Positions 20,154 through 28,904 of a stretch of DNA of 64,000 nt are shown here, in pieces. The translations under genes and the position numbers were made by a program. The stretch is from an uncultured Ruminococcus sp. (GTDB taxonomy: Bacteria; Bacillota; Clostridia; CAKSNL01; HGM11501). Each line of letters opens with the position of its first letter. Position 1 is the first letter of the stretch. Under the pieces are notes generated by a model, which saw nothing but the letters and a program-made list of their open reading frames with translations, made no database searches and had not been told where the DNA came from. The DNA is taken from positions 26,786 through 90,785 of the forward strand of contig CAYXRC010000007.1 of NCBI GenBank assembly GCA_964466295.1, in the 5' to 3' direction.

Positions 20154-21431
20154 CTATGCGGCGCATTTTGAGCAGGGTGTAAGCCCGGCTTTTTTCGCTT
20201 CATCAAGAGTTATTTCAAAGCTGTTTTTTCCTCCGCATTGGGGGGCTAAATGATATTTTTTTCCAGTAGGAGTGCGGTATACTGAGGTGGGAATTTTTAA
20301 AATTTCGTCACGGGAGGCTTCGGGAGGCGCATCTTGTGTTATGTGCTCGCCGACAAAAGAGCTTGCTCCTGTTTTATAGTCGATTTTTATGTTCGGCTGT
20401 ACGTTGTAGCAGTACACGCAAAAGGATATTCCCTGTCCTTTGTCAGGGACGGAATACGCTTCTAAAAGCACACCGTCGGCAACAAGGTTATTTTCCTTAA
20501 ATACCGGAGTGGAGCGGTAAATAACACGGTTTTTGGTTTCCTCTATATAATCTGCCACCATGTTCTCAAAAGGAAGCATGCCGGAAACGTTTAAATATCT
20601 GGTTCCTGTAATTAGATTTTTTTCGTTGGCGTTTTCGCCTGTAAGCTGAAAGCCGATAAGATGGCATCTGTTATAAAGATAGCCGCCGTCAATATTGTCA
20701 TAGGAGGCGTTTAACCAGCCTGTCGGCGTTACGGAGCTTATGCTTTCCCGTTTTTCCTCTGGCATTATATCTTCCGCAATCGAAGCGAAGCAAACATCGC
20801 ACCGCCCCAGGAAGTCGACCTTGCTGTAATATTCAAAGGAGCCGGTTATTATTTCGTAATCCTTAAAAAATGGCTTGTTTCCGTTAACCTCTGCATAAGG
20901 CTTTCCCGAATAATCGGGAAGGATACCGGTTAGAAAGCTATACTCGTCGTCGGTAAGCGAATCTCTTATAATTGATACGGTTTTGGTATCGCTGTCCCAG
21001 GCAACGCCCAGATTAAAGCCCTCGGCAATAAACCTTATGGGGAGCATTGTGCGGCCGTTTATAACAGCCGGCGCCGTATCGAGAGCTTCCTCATCATTGT
21101 TCAAATAAGCAATATTACTTCCGATAACTAATTTGATTGTATCCTCCTCCATTGTCAGCAATACGGCTTTTGAGCCCTCGTCCCAGACCACATCGCCGCC
21201 GAAGGCCTCTATTATTGCCCGTATAGGCACCAAGGTGCGACCGTTTATCACTTTGGGAGCAGTGCCTCGCCCTGCATCGATTTCAAAATCGACACCGTTT
21301 ACCGCCATTATGGGATTATCTATTTTAAGACTGACAACGACATCGGGAAGGTTATCGGCAAAAGCGGCAGAAGGGAAGAAGATTGTGCAAAAAAGCATAA
21401 CAGATAGGATTAAAAGCTTGTGTTTTCTCAT
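20154..21431 (-). CDS. secreted EndA-family DNA/RNA non-specific endonuclease, fused to two copper-amine-oxidase-N-terminal-like domains and ending in a Cys-rich Zn-ribbon-like tail
   Basis: The product has a signal peptide (MRKHKLLILSVMLFCTIFFPSAAFA) and two INGRT(L/M)(V/L)PIR(A/F)I(I/A)E repeat domains. The nuclease core, NRCHLIGFQL...NLITGTRYLN...RVIYRSTPVF...FCVYCYNVQPNIKIDYKTGA, aligns to the Streptococcus EndA pattern DRGHLLG...RVRYRVT...[20 protein letters not shown]. The C-terminus is KKYHLAPQCGG...EAKKAGLTPCSKCAA. Confidence 0.75.
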   Translation of the reverse strand: MRKHKLLILSVMLFCTIFFPSAAFADNLPDVVVSLKIDNPIMAVNGVDFEIDAGRGTAPKVINGRTLVPIRAIIEAFGGDVVWDEGSKAVLLTMEEDTIKLVIGSNIAYLNNDEEALDTAPAVINGRTMLPIRFIAEGFNLGVAWDSDTKTVSIIRDSLTDDEYSFLTGILPDYSGKPYAEVNGNKPFFKDYEIITGSFEYYSKVDFLGRCDVCFASIAEDIMPEEKRESISSVTPTGWLNASYDNIDGGYLYNRCHLIGFQLTGENANEKNLITGTRYLNVSGMLPFENMVADYIEETKNRVIYRSTPVFKENNLVADGVLLEAYSVPDKGQGISFCVYCYNVQPNIKIDYKTGASSFVGEHITQDAPPEASRDEILKIPTSVYRTPTGKKYHLAPQCGGKNSFEITLDEAKKAGLTPCSKCAA

Positions 21432-21511
21432 GTTTTCACCTCAGAAAACAGTATATCACACATTTAAAAAATTGTCTATATAAATATAGTGAAGCAGCGT
21501 ATAAGTTTCTT

Positions 21512-21709
21512 ATGAAAAATAATAAACATAAAGTTATTTATGAGGATCGGAACGGAGAAAAGATAAAGTTTTTAAGACTTAGCGCTTCAGAGTTCACGAG
21601 AAGTAAGGAAAGCACGAGATATTATAATAATGACCCTGAAACATTCAATAAAAAAATGAGACTCATACCGAGCCTCAAAGATTTGCTGTTAAATTACGAA
21701 GTATCGTGA
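21512..21709 (+). CDS. hypothetical small protein
   Basis: A 65-aa ORF only, with no convincing RBS. Confidence 0.2.
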   Translation: MKNNKHKVIYEDRNGEKIKFLRLSASEFTRSKESTRYYNNDPETFNKKMRLIPSLKDLLLNYEVS

Positions 21710-22011
21710 TATAGTAAGTATCACAAAAAACACAAGCTTTTCAATAAAAACGGATTTTCAAATTACCGCGGCAGAGTAAAATTTGACAATATCATGTTTA
21801 ATTATGTTGTCAGAGTTGGAAAAACAAACACCGACAATATATTTTATGACATAAATTTAGAGGTTGCCTCTTACCTCCCTCACGCCAATAAAATCGACGC
21901 TTCAGATACGACAACCTCTAAAGACAGTGTATCACAAAGAAACAAAACTGTCAATAGTAATTATATGCAAAATGGAGAAATAAGACCTTCAGCATAAACT
22001 GCGAATATGTA

Positions 22012-22302
22012 ATGAAAAACGGATACGCTTATGTTGCTCTTGACGGAAGCGGTGAAATAGAAATCGAATTTGATATGCCCGTAAGACTTATCGCCGCAAA
22101 CCGCCGTGTCCATGCCGACGCAGGGAGAGTCGCAATAATGCGTGGTCCCGTTGTTTACTGCGCCGAGGGCTTGGACAACGGAGACCCGCACCCCTCGACA
22201 CGCTCCGCGTGCCGAGTATTCAAGACTATTTACACAATCAAAAAAGAGAAAGCACCGACAAAATCGGTGCTTTCTCTTTTTGGCAGGGGCAGTAAGACTT
22301 GA
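22012..22302 (+). pseudogene. probable remnant of a DUF1680/GH127-family (beta-L-arabinofuranosidase-like) C-terminal region
   Basis: The translation ...GEIEIEFDMPVRLIAANRRVHADAGRVAIMRGPVVYCAEGLDNGD resembles the conserved C-terminal beta-sandwich of GH127 proteins. It sits with no upstream N-terminal domains. The upstream ORF 21794..21997 is in another frame. The 3' end runs into tRNA-Trp. Confidence 0.3.
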
Positions 22303-22356
22303 ACTCACGGCACGCGGTTTTGGAGACCGCTGCTCTACCAACTGAGCTATACCCCT
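22281..22356 (-). tRNA. tRNA-Trp (anticodon CCA)
   Basis: The reverse complement reads AGGGGTATAGCTCAGTTGGTAGAGCAGCGGTCTCCAAAACCGCGTGCCGTGAGTTCAAGTCTTACTGCCCCTGCCA. The anticodon loop is CTCCAAA, and CCA is encoded. A consensus promoter lies on the minus strand (TTGACA at 22400-22405, TGaTATAAT ending at 22376). The terminator hairpin is at 22247-22280. Confidence 0.85.
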
Positions 22357-22524
22357 AAAACAATATAACAAGGTTATTATATCACGAAAACATCGGTCGT
22401 GTCAATACCTATTTTATTTTTTATTGTAATTCTTTGGAAAGCTTTTCGGAGGGGTTTTAAATTAATTTGAAAGTTAAAGGTGCATTAACGATGTTTGGCG
22501 GACATGCTAATTTAAAGTACAGGT

Positions 22525-22989
22525 TTAATAATCGGAAAAATCGTCATTCGTTTCATATGCGGAAAACATATCCTTCATACAGACTGAAAGCTCACCGTAC
22601 TCGGGAGAGTCGGGTGTAAAATGACGGTAAGAATCCCCTGTGCCCCGTATAAACCTGAAAAGGTAATCGTATTTTTTGCCGTGAGTGGAAAAATCCGCCT
22701 CATTAAACTGAATATAGCTTCGTGATGAGCCGTCCCGGTCGGTATATGTATAATGGGGAGTGTTGCTTGAAAAAAATATTATATCGCCGGGCAGGGCTTT
22801 AAAGCTTTCGTTACCCGTTCCGCATATGAGAGAGCCCGAGTCAACATAGATAAGCTCAAGCTTGTCATGGTAATGATAAATATTTTGCCAGTTGTCGCCC
22901 TTGCACCAGGTATTCATCGGCTGCTTTACGGTAACGCCCAAATTTAAGTTTTGTACCGAAATAACCGGATGTTCGTTAGTAAGTCCCAA
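22525..22989 (-). CDS. cupin-domain protein
   Basis: The 154-aa product has the cupin motifs (HYHDKLELIYVDSG...PGDIIFFSSNTPH). Confidence 0.6.
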   Translation of the reverse strand: MGLTNEHPVISVQNLNLGVTVKQPMNTWCKGDNWQNIYHYHDKLELIYVDSGSLICGTGNESFKALPGDIIFFSSNTPHYTYTDRDGSSRSYIQFNEADFSTHGKKYDYLFRFIRGTGDSYRHFTPDSPEYGELSVCMKDMFSAYETNDDFSDY

Positions 22990-22997
22990 AATTCACC

Positions 22998-23645
22998 TCA
23001 CACATTATCCGGGAGTCTTGTAGCCTCAGTGCCCATAAAGTCCGCAACGTCTGCATAAACCTCCTCGATATGACCGTCCTCGTAATAGTCTGCGGCGGAA
23101 ACAGAGGCGTTTCTCACCCACGGGATAAGCCTCATATCTTCTTCTGAAATATTGCGCCAGCGGCACATCAGTGCGCGTATCGGCGTTGCATGAGTCGCCG
23201 TCAGCACGGTTTTCCCCATGTTCTTTTTTGCAATTTCAAGGGCGGCGGAATTTACTCTCTCATAAAGCTCTTTTACGCTTTCGCCGCCGACAGGCTTTGC
23301 TTTTCCGATGTCGGAAAGCCATAGACCGTATTCTAAGGGATATTTTTTCTCTAAAGCGGAAAAAAGTGTATTTTCCCATTCGCCGCCGAAAATTTCACGC
23401 ATTTTCTTTAGGGGAACGGGAGTCTTACCGTGTCTTTTGGCGATGTGCACGGCGGTTTCATAAGCCCTAATTAAGTCGCTTGAGTAAAAAACGTCTATTT
23501 TTTCATCTTTTAAAAATTCAGCGGTAAGCTCTGCCTGAAGATGCCCCTTTTCGCTTAGGGGCGAATCGGTATGCCCCACATAAATTCCGTCTAAGTTACC
23601 CATGCTCTGACCGTGTCTTACAAATATCATTCTTGTTTTATTCAT
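22998..23645 (-). CDS. histidine phosphatase family protein (phosphoglycerate mutase-like)
   Basis: It has the RHGQSxxN catalytic motif (IFVRHGQSMGNLDG) and the downstream His (TVLTATHATPIR). Confidence 0.8.
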   Translation of the reverse strand: MNKTRMIFVRHGQSMGNLDGIYVGHTDSPLSEKGHLQAELTAEFLKDEKIDVFYSSDLIRAYETAVHIAKRHGKTPVPLKKMREIFGGEWENTLFSALEKKYPLEYGLWLSDIGKAKPVGGESVKELYERVNSAALEIAKKNMGKTVLTATHATPIRALMCRWRNISEEDMRLIPWVRNASVSAADYYEDGHIEEVYADVADFMGTEATRLPDNV

Positions 23646-24478
23646 TTCTCTTCCCCCAACTTGTATGCGGCATATATGTCGCTTTTTTTAACTCCTCTGT
23701 CCTTTGCGGCGGCCTTCATTGCGTCCTTTTCGGTCATGCCGCTTTTGATATAATTTTCAACATGCTCCTTAATGCTTATATCGGAAAAGTCCGCCTCCTT
23801 TTTCTCTGCGCCGGAAAGCACCAGAACAAATTCACCCTTAGGAGGGGACTCTGTGTATTTTTCTATCGCTTCGCCGACCGTACATCTTACATATTCCTCG
23901 TGTATTTTTGTAAGCTCCCGGCAAAGGCATATGCGTCTTTCGGCACCGAAATATTCGGAAAAGTCCTTAAGGGTTGACAAAAGCTTGTGCGGCGCCTCGT
24001 AAAAAATCATTGTCCTCGTTTCGTCCTTAAGAGACAAAAGATGCTCACGCCGGCTTTGGCGGTTGACCGACAAAAAGCCCTCGAAGCAAAATCTTCCCGT
24101 GGACAGTCCGCTTCCGATAAGCCCGTTTACTGCCGCCACGGGGCCGGGAACGGGAACAATGTCAATGCCCCGGCTTATGCATATGGCAACCAAATCCTCG
24201 CCGGGGTCGCTTATTGCCGGAGTTCCGGCGTCGGTTACAAGGGCGACTGATTTTCCGTCAAGCATTTGGCTTGCCAGGTGTTCGCCCTTTTCCTTTCTGT
24301 TATGCTCGTAATAGCTCGTAAGAGGCTTTGAAATTTCAAAATGATTTAGAAGTGTAAGAGTCCTTCTCGTGTCCTCTGCGGCGATAAGGTCGACTGATTT
24401 TAATACTTCAAGACAGCGCAGCGTTATATCGGACAGATTGCCGATAGGCGTTGCACAAAGATATAGCTTTCCTGCCAT
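23642..24478 (-). CDS. rsmI: 16S rRNA (cytidine1402-2'-O)-methyltransferase
   Basis: The 278-aa tetrapyrrole-methylase-fold product starts MAGKLYLCATPIGNLSDITLRCLEVLKSVDLIAAEDTRRT. Confidence 0.9.
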   Translation of the reverse strand: MAGKLYLCATPIGNLSDITLRCLEVLKSVDLIAAEDTRRTLTLLNHFEISKPLTSYYEHNRKEKGEHLASQMLDGKSVALVTDAGTPAISDPGEDLVAICISRGIDIVPVPGPVAAVNGLIGSGLSTGRFCFEGFLSVNRQSRREHLLSLKDETRTMIFYEAPHKLLSTLKDFSEYFGAERRICLCRELTKIHEEYVRCTVGEAIEKYTESPPKGEFVLVLSGAEKKEADFSDISIKEHVENYIKSGMTEKDAMKAAAKDRGVKKSDIYAAYKLGEEK

Positions 24479-24479
24479 T

Positions 24480-25163
24480 TTACTGCTCCTTAATATACAT
24501 CATGTAGGTTTTTAAATAATGTCCGCCGCCCTTTTGCCCTTCGATAAGAATAAGGGATGTAGGGGATTTCCTCGAGTCTGAAACAATTGCCAGCCGTTTA
24601 GGCTCAAGAGAATATTTTCTCATAAGGCACATTATATCCGTAAGGCGGTGGGGTCTGTGCACCATGGTAAAAAAGCCGCAGGGCTTTAGAAGACGGGCGG
24701 CGCATGAAACAACATCCTCTAAGGTGCAGAAAATTTCATGTCTTGCCGCAGCCTTGTCCCTGTCGGGATTTACAAGACCGCCGCCCTCATTCATATAGGG
24801 CGGATTGCAGGTTATTAAATCAAACTGTCTGCCCTTATAAATTTCAGCGGAGTTTTTAACATCGCCGCAGGTTATGCGGATTGTATTTGAAAGACCGTTA
24901 AGCTCCATTGTTCTTTTTGCCATGTCAGCGCATTTTTCGGATATTTCCAAAGCTTCGAAAAAAGACGCCTTGTTTTTTCCGTACATTAAAAGAGGCACTA
25001 TGCCGCTTCCTGTGCAAAAATCAAGCACAGCGCCGCCTTTTTTGACCTTGGCAAAATCCGCCAAAAGCACGGCGTCGGTTCCGAATTTAAATAAACTGTC
25101 CGACTGTATTACCTTAAGTCCGCCGAGCCCAAGCTCATGAACTTGTTCGTCAGAATACAGCAA
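24480..25163 (-). CDS. N6-adenine methyltransferase of the YabB/TrmN6 family
   Basis: It has a class I SAM-binding motif (VLDFCTGSG) and the NPPY motif (ITCNPPY). It is adjacent to rsmI, as yabB-yabC are in Bacillus. Confidence 0.75.
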   Translation of the reverse strand: MLYSDEQVHELGLGGLKVIQSDSLFKFGTDAVLLADFAKVKKGGAVLDFCTGSGIVPLLMYGKNKASFFEALEISEKCADMAKRTMELNGLSNTIRITCGDVKNSAEIYKGRQFDLITCNPPYMNEGGGLVNPDRDKAAARHEIFCTLEDVVSCAARLLKPCGFFTMVHRPHRLTDIMCLMRKYSLEPKRLAIVSDSRKSPTSLILIEGQKGGGHYLKTYMMYIKEQ

Positions 25164-25338
25164 AAAATCACCTCATTTTAATATATAGATACATTATAAA
25201 ACAAAAATCGGTTTTTCACAAGTAAAATTAATAAATAAATTATAAATTTTCGGAAAAGACATTTTTTTTCATCTTGCATAAAGTAAGAGGGCGTGATATA
25301 ATTAAAAAGAAGTTATTTTATGGGAAGGAAGTGTCTTT

Positions 25339-26517
25339 ATGGCAGACCTTAATTTGTTAAAAGAGGAATTTATAAAGGTATACGGCGACGGGGGAGAAAT
25401 AAGATTTTTCTCTTCTCCCGGACGTGTTAATTTAATCGGAGAGCATACCGACTATAACGGTGGCTTCGTGTTCCCGGCGGCGATTTCCGCCTCAACCACA
25501 ATTGCGGTGAGAAAAAGGGAGGATAACATTGTCAGAATTAAGGCGACGGATTTGCCGGAGGTTGTTACGATAGAGCTTGATAAAACAGGCGACTATAAAA
25601 ATTTGTCCTACGGCAACTATCAGGCCGGTGTAATAGATGAAATGAAAAAGGACGGCTATATTTTAACGGGCGCCGATATGCTTTATGAGGACGGCGTTCC
25701 CCACGGAGGCGGACTTTCCTCCTCTGCGGCAATAGAGGTGGCGACTGCCTGCGTATTTTCAACCTTTTCAGGCGAGGCCGGCGGAAAAACGGCAGACAAG
25801 ACCGAAATGGCTTTAATCGGGCAGAGGGCGGAAAATAACTACGTGGGCGTAAACTGCGGCATAATGGATCAGTTCGCCTCGGCAAACGGCAAGGCGGATA
25901 TGGCGATTTTCTTAAAGTGCGACACCTTAAAATACGAGCTTGTTCCGATTGTACTTGGCGATTGCAAGCTGGTGCTTTCAAATACAAATAAAAAGCACAA
26001 GCTCGGCGAATCTAAGTATAACGAAAGAAGAAGTCAGTGCGAGGAGGGCTTTGCCGCACTTAAAAAGGTAATGCCCGATAAAAACTGTTTGGGCGAGATC
26101 AGCCCCCGGGAGTTTGAGGCTCATAAGGACGTACTCGGCGACGAAATCATTAAAAACAGAATTACCCACGTTATATACGAGGACGACAGGGTGTTAAAGT
26201 CTGTTGAGGCGCTTAAAAAAGGCGATATAGAAGCCTTCGGCAAATATATGAATCAGTCCCATGCTTCCCTTCGTGATTTATATGAGGTTACCGGAGAAGA
26301 GCTTGATACCTTGGCAGCTGCGGCACAGAGCCTTCCCGGCGTTATCGGAAGCAGAATGACCGGCGGCGGCTTCGGCGGCTGTACGGTAAGCATTGTTAAG
26401 GAAAGCGAAATAGAGAATTTCACCGAAACCGTCGGTAAAATTTACAGAGAAAAGATAGGCTATGACGCGTCGTTTTACATTTTTGACATCGGCGACGGCG
26501 CAAGAGAATTGAAATAA
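25339..26517 (+). CDS. galK: galactokinase
   Basis: The GHMP kinase signature (GRVNLIGEHTDYNGG) and GLSSSAA are present (392 aa). Confidence 0.93.
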   Translation: MADLNLLKEEFIKVYGDGGEIRFFSSPGRVNLIGEHTDYNGGFVFPAAISASTTIAVRKREDNIVRIKATDLPEVVTIELDKTGDYKNLSYGNYQAGVIDEMKKDGYILTGADMLYEDGVPHGGGLSSSAAIEVATACVFSTFSGEAGGKTADKTEMALIGQRAENNYVGVNCGIMDQFASANGKADMAIFLKCDTLKYELVPIVLGDCKLVLSNTNKKHKLGESKYNERRSQCEEGFAALKKVMPDKNCLGEISPREFEAHKDVLGDEIIKNRITHVIYEDDRVLKSVEALKKGDIEAFGKYMNQSHASLRDLYEVTGEELDTLAAAAQSLPGVIGSRMTGGGFGGCTVSIVKESEIENFTETVGKIYREKIGYDASFYIFDIGDGARELK

Positions 26518-26530
26518 TGCTTTTATAAGC

Positions 26531-26568
26531 TAAAAAAGGTATACCGTTCTTAGGGTATACCTTTTTTA
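26531..26568 (+). terminator. rho-independent terminator after galK
   Basis: AAAAAAGGTATACC-GTTCTTAG-GGTATACCTTTTTTAT. Confidence 0.85.
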
Positions 26569-26606
26569 TGATATTTGCTGTATTTTATACAATTCGGGCT
26601 GTAATT

Positions 26607-26654
26607 TATGCATAAATTATGCACATTTTCCTTAAAAATGCATAAAAATACATT
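26607..26654. promoter_or_regulatory. two ARG-box-like palindromes (putative ArgR/AhrC operator) upstream of argCJBD
   Basis: Box 1 at 26607-26624 is TATGCATAAATTATGCAC, a 7-1-7 palindrome. Box 2 at 26637-26654 is AATGCATAAAAATACATT. Both are 18-bp AT-rich dyads in the ARG-box format. A TTGACA-17-TATAAT promoter follows at 26672-26700. Confidence 0.4.
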
Positions 26655-26735
26655 TTAGACAAACGAAAGCCTTGACAAGAGAGGCTTTACGGCATATAAT
26701 TACATTTATTATTATTTATACGGCGGTGGCGGAAA

Positions 26736-27662
26736 ATGAAAAAGATTTTTATAGACGGAAAATCCGGGACTACGGGACTGAAAATAGCGGACAGACTTAA
26801 AGAAAGAGAAGATATAAGCCTTATCACCTTAGCGGAGGAGGAAAGAAAAAATCCCGAGGCAAGGAAAAAAGCCATAAACGAATCGGATATAACCTTCTTA
26901 TGCCTTCCCGACGATGCGGCGAGAGAGGCCGTTACTTTAACGGAAAATCCCGATACGGTAATTATAGACACATCTACCGCCCACAGAACAGAGGAGGGCT
27001 GGGCGTACGGCTTTCCCGAGCTTTCAGAGGATTTTTACGAAAAAATAAAAGCGTCAAAAAGAATTGCCGTGCCCGGCTGTCACGCCGGCGGCTTTATCGC
27101 CTTGGTCTATCCTCTTGTAAAGGCAGGAGTGATAGCTAAAGACTCAGAATTAGTCTGCACCTCGATTACCGGCTATTCCGGCGGCGGCAAGAAAATGATT
27201 GCCGAATATGAAGCTGAGGAAAGAAGCCCTCTTTTATCCGCTCCCAGACAGTACGCCTTAGGGCAGATTCATAAGCATCTTAAGGAAATGAAGGGTATCA
27301 CGGGGCTTTCAAAGGAGCCGGTATTTTGTCCCTTTGTAGCCGACTTTTACAGCGGCATGGAGGTGACTATTCCTCTATTTAAAAGCCGAACGGGTGCATC
27401 ATTTGAGGATATACGGAAAATATATGAAGAAAGCTATAAAGGTCCTATAGTTTCCTACTCTCCCGATTTGGGCAGGGACGGATTTTTGTCCGCAGCCTCT
27501 TTTTCGGGGCTTGACTGTATGAAAATAGGGGTTTTGGGAAACAGCGACAGAATTTTACTTACAGCGGTATACGACAATTTGGGAAAAGGTGCGTCGGGCG
27601 CCGCAATAGAGTGCATGAATATAGTCCTTGGAGCGGATAAAACCAAGGGACTTGACTTATAA
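26736..27662 (+). CDS. argC: N-acetyl-gamma-glutamyl-phosphate reductase (short, type-2 ArgC)
   Basis: It has an N-terminal NAD(P)-binding motif (DGKSGTTG) and the active-site Cys context (VPGCHAGG) (308 aa). Confidence 0.88.
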   Translation: MKKIFIDGKSGTTGLKIADRLKEREDISLITLAEEERKNPEARKKAINESDITFLCLPDDAAREAVTLTENPDTVIIDTSTAHRTEEGWAYGFPELSEDFYEKIKASKRIAVPGCHAGGFIALVYPLVKAGVIAKDSELVCTSITGYSGGGKKMIAEYEAEERSPLLSAPRQYALGQIHKHLKEMKGITGLSKEPVFCPFVADFYSGMEVTIPLFKSRTGASFEDIRKIYEESYKGPIVSYSPDLGRDGFLSAASFSGLDCMKIGVLGNSDRILLTAVYDNLGKGASGAAIECMNIVLGADKTKGLDL

Positions 27663-27674
27663 CGGAGGTATAAA

Positions 27675-28886
27675 ATGAATATTATAGAAGGCGGCGTGTG
27701 TGCCGCAAAGGGTTTTTCCGCTTCGGGCGTTCACTGCGGAATACGGAAAAATAAAAAAAAGCGCGACCTTGCGCTCATTTACAGTGAAAAGCCGGCCTCT
27801 GCGGCGGCGGTATATACGAAAAATCTGGTAAAGGGCGCGCCCTTAAGAGTGACGAGAGAGCACCTTTCAGACGGCAGAGCCCAGGCTATTATCTGCAACA
27901 GCGGAAATGCCAATACCTGCAACGCAAACGGCAGAGAAATTGCTCTTGAAACCTGCCGGCTTACGGCAGAGGCTCTCGGTATAAGCGAAAAGGATGTTGT
28001 TGTAGCTTCCACGGGAGTTATCGGTCAGCCCATGACTATTGACCCGATAAAAGAGGGAATACCCCGGCTTATTAAAAATCTGGGAAATCACTCTGCCGAA
28101 GCGGCGGAGGCGATAATGACCACGGATACACGCTTAAAGGAAATTGCGGTAAGCTTTGATTTGGACGGTCACGAGTGCAAAATAGGCGGTATCGCCAAGG
28201 GCTCGGGCATGATACATCCCGATATGGCGACAATGCTTGTGTTTATTACAACCGACTGCGCCATATCGCCCGAAATGCTTAAAAAGGCATTGTCGACCGA
28301 CGTTAACAATACCTTTAATATGGTAAGCGTTGACGGGGATACCTCCACAAACGACATGGTAACCGTTCTTGCCAACTCTATGGCGGGAAATGACGAAATC
28401 ACGGAGGACGGAGAAGCTTTTAACGTATTTATGCAGGCGCTTAACACGGTGACCTTAAATCTTTGCCGGCGCATAGCGGCAGACGGAGAGGGCGCAACGA
28501 AGCTTATAGAATGTAAGGTAAGCGGAGCGAATTGCGAAATGACCGCAAAGACCGTTGCAAAAAGCGTAATCTGCTCGTCCCTTACAAAGGCGGCTATTTT
28601 CGGAGCGGACGCCAACTGGGGAAGAGTCCTTTGCGCCATAGGCTACAGCAAGGTGGAGGTTGACATAGACAAAATAGACGTAAGCTTCGCTTCGGACAAG
28701 GGAACAATTCTTGTCTGCAAAAACGGCTCCGGCGTAGATTTTTCCGAGGAGAAGGCAAAGGAAATTCTTCTTCGTGACGAAATTGAAATTCTTATAGATT
28801 TAAATTCCGGCGAATTTTCGTCAACCGCCTGGGGCTGCGATTTAACCTATGAATATGTAAAAATAAACGGCGATTACAGAACTTGA
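27675..28886 (+). CDS. argJ: bifunctional ornithine acetyltransferase / N-acetylglutamate synthase
   Basis: The self-cleavage site ATML (DMATMLVFITTD) is present (403 aa). Confidence 0.92.
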   Translation: MNIIEGGVCAAKGFSASGVHCGIRKNKKKRDLALIYSEKPASAAAVYTKNLVKGAPLRVTREHLSDGRAQAIICNSGNANTCNANGREIALETCRLTAEALGISEKDVVVASTGVIGQPMTIDPIKEGIPRLIKNLGNHSAEAAEAIMTTDTRLKEIAVSFDLDGHECKIGGIAKGSGMIHPDMATMLVFITTDCAISPEMLKKALSTDVNNTFNMVSVDGDTSTNDMVTVLANSMAGNDEITEDGEAFNVFMQALNTVTLNLCRRIAADGEGATKLIECKVSGANCEMTAKTVAKSVICSSLTKAAIFGADANWGRVLCAIGYSKVEVDIDKIDVSFASDKGTILVCKNGSGVDFSEEKAKEILLRDEIEILIDLNSGEFSSTAWGCDLTYEYVKINGDYRT

Positions 28887-28904
28887 TTTTAAGGAGCATT
28901 TAAA

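Noticed and set aside
25565-25987. Pro/Arg-rich 140-aa antisense ORF
   Set aside because: It is embedded antisense within galK and has no RBS. It is a typical GC-skew shadow ORF.
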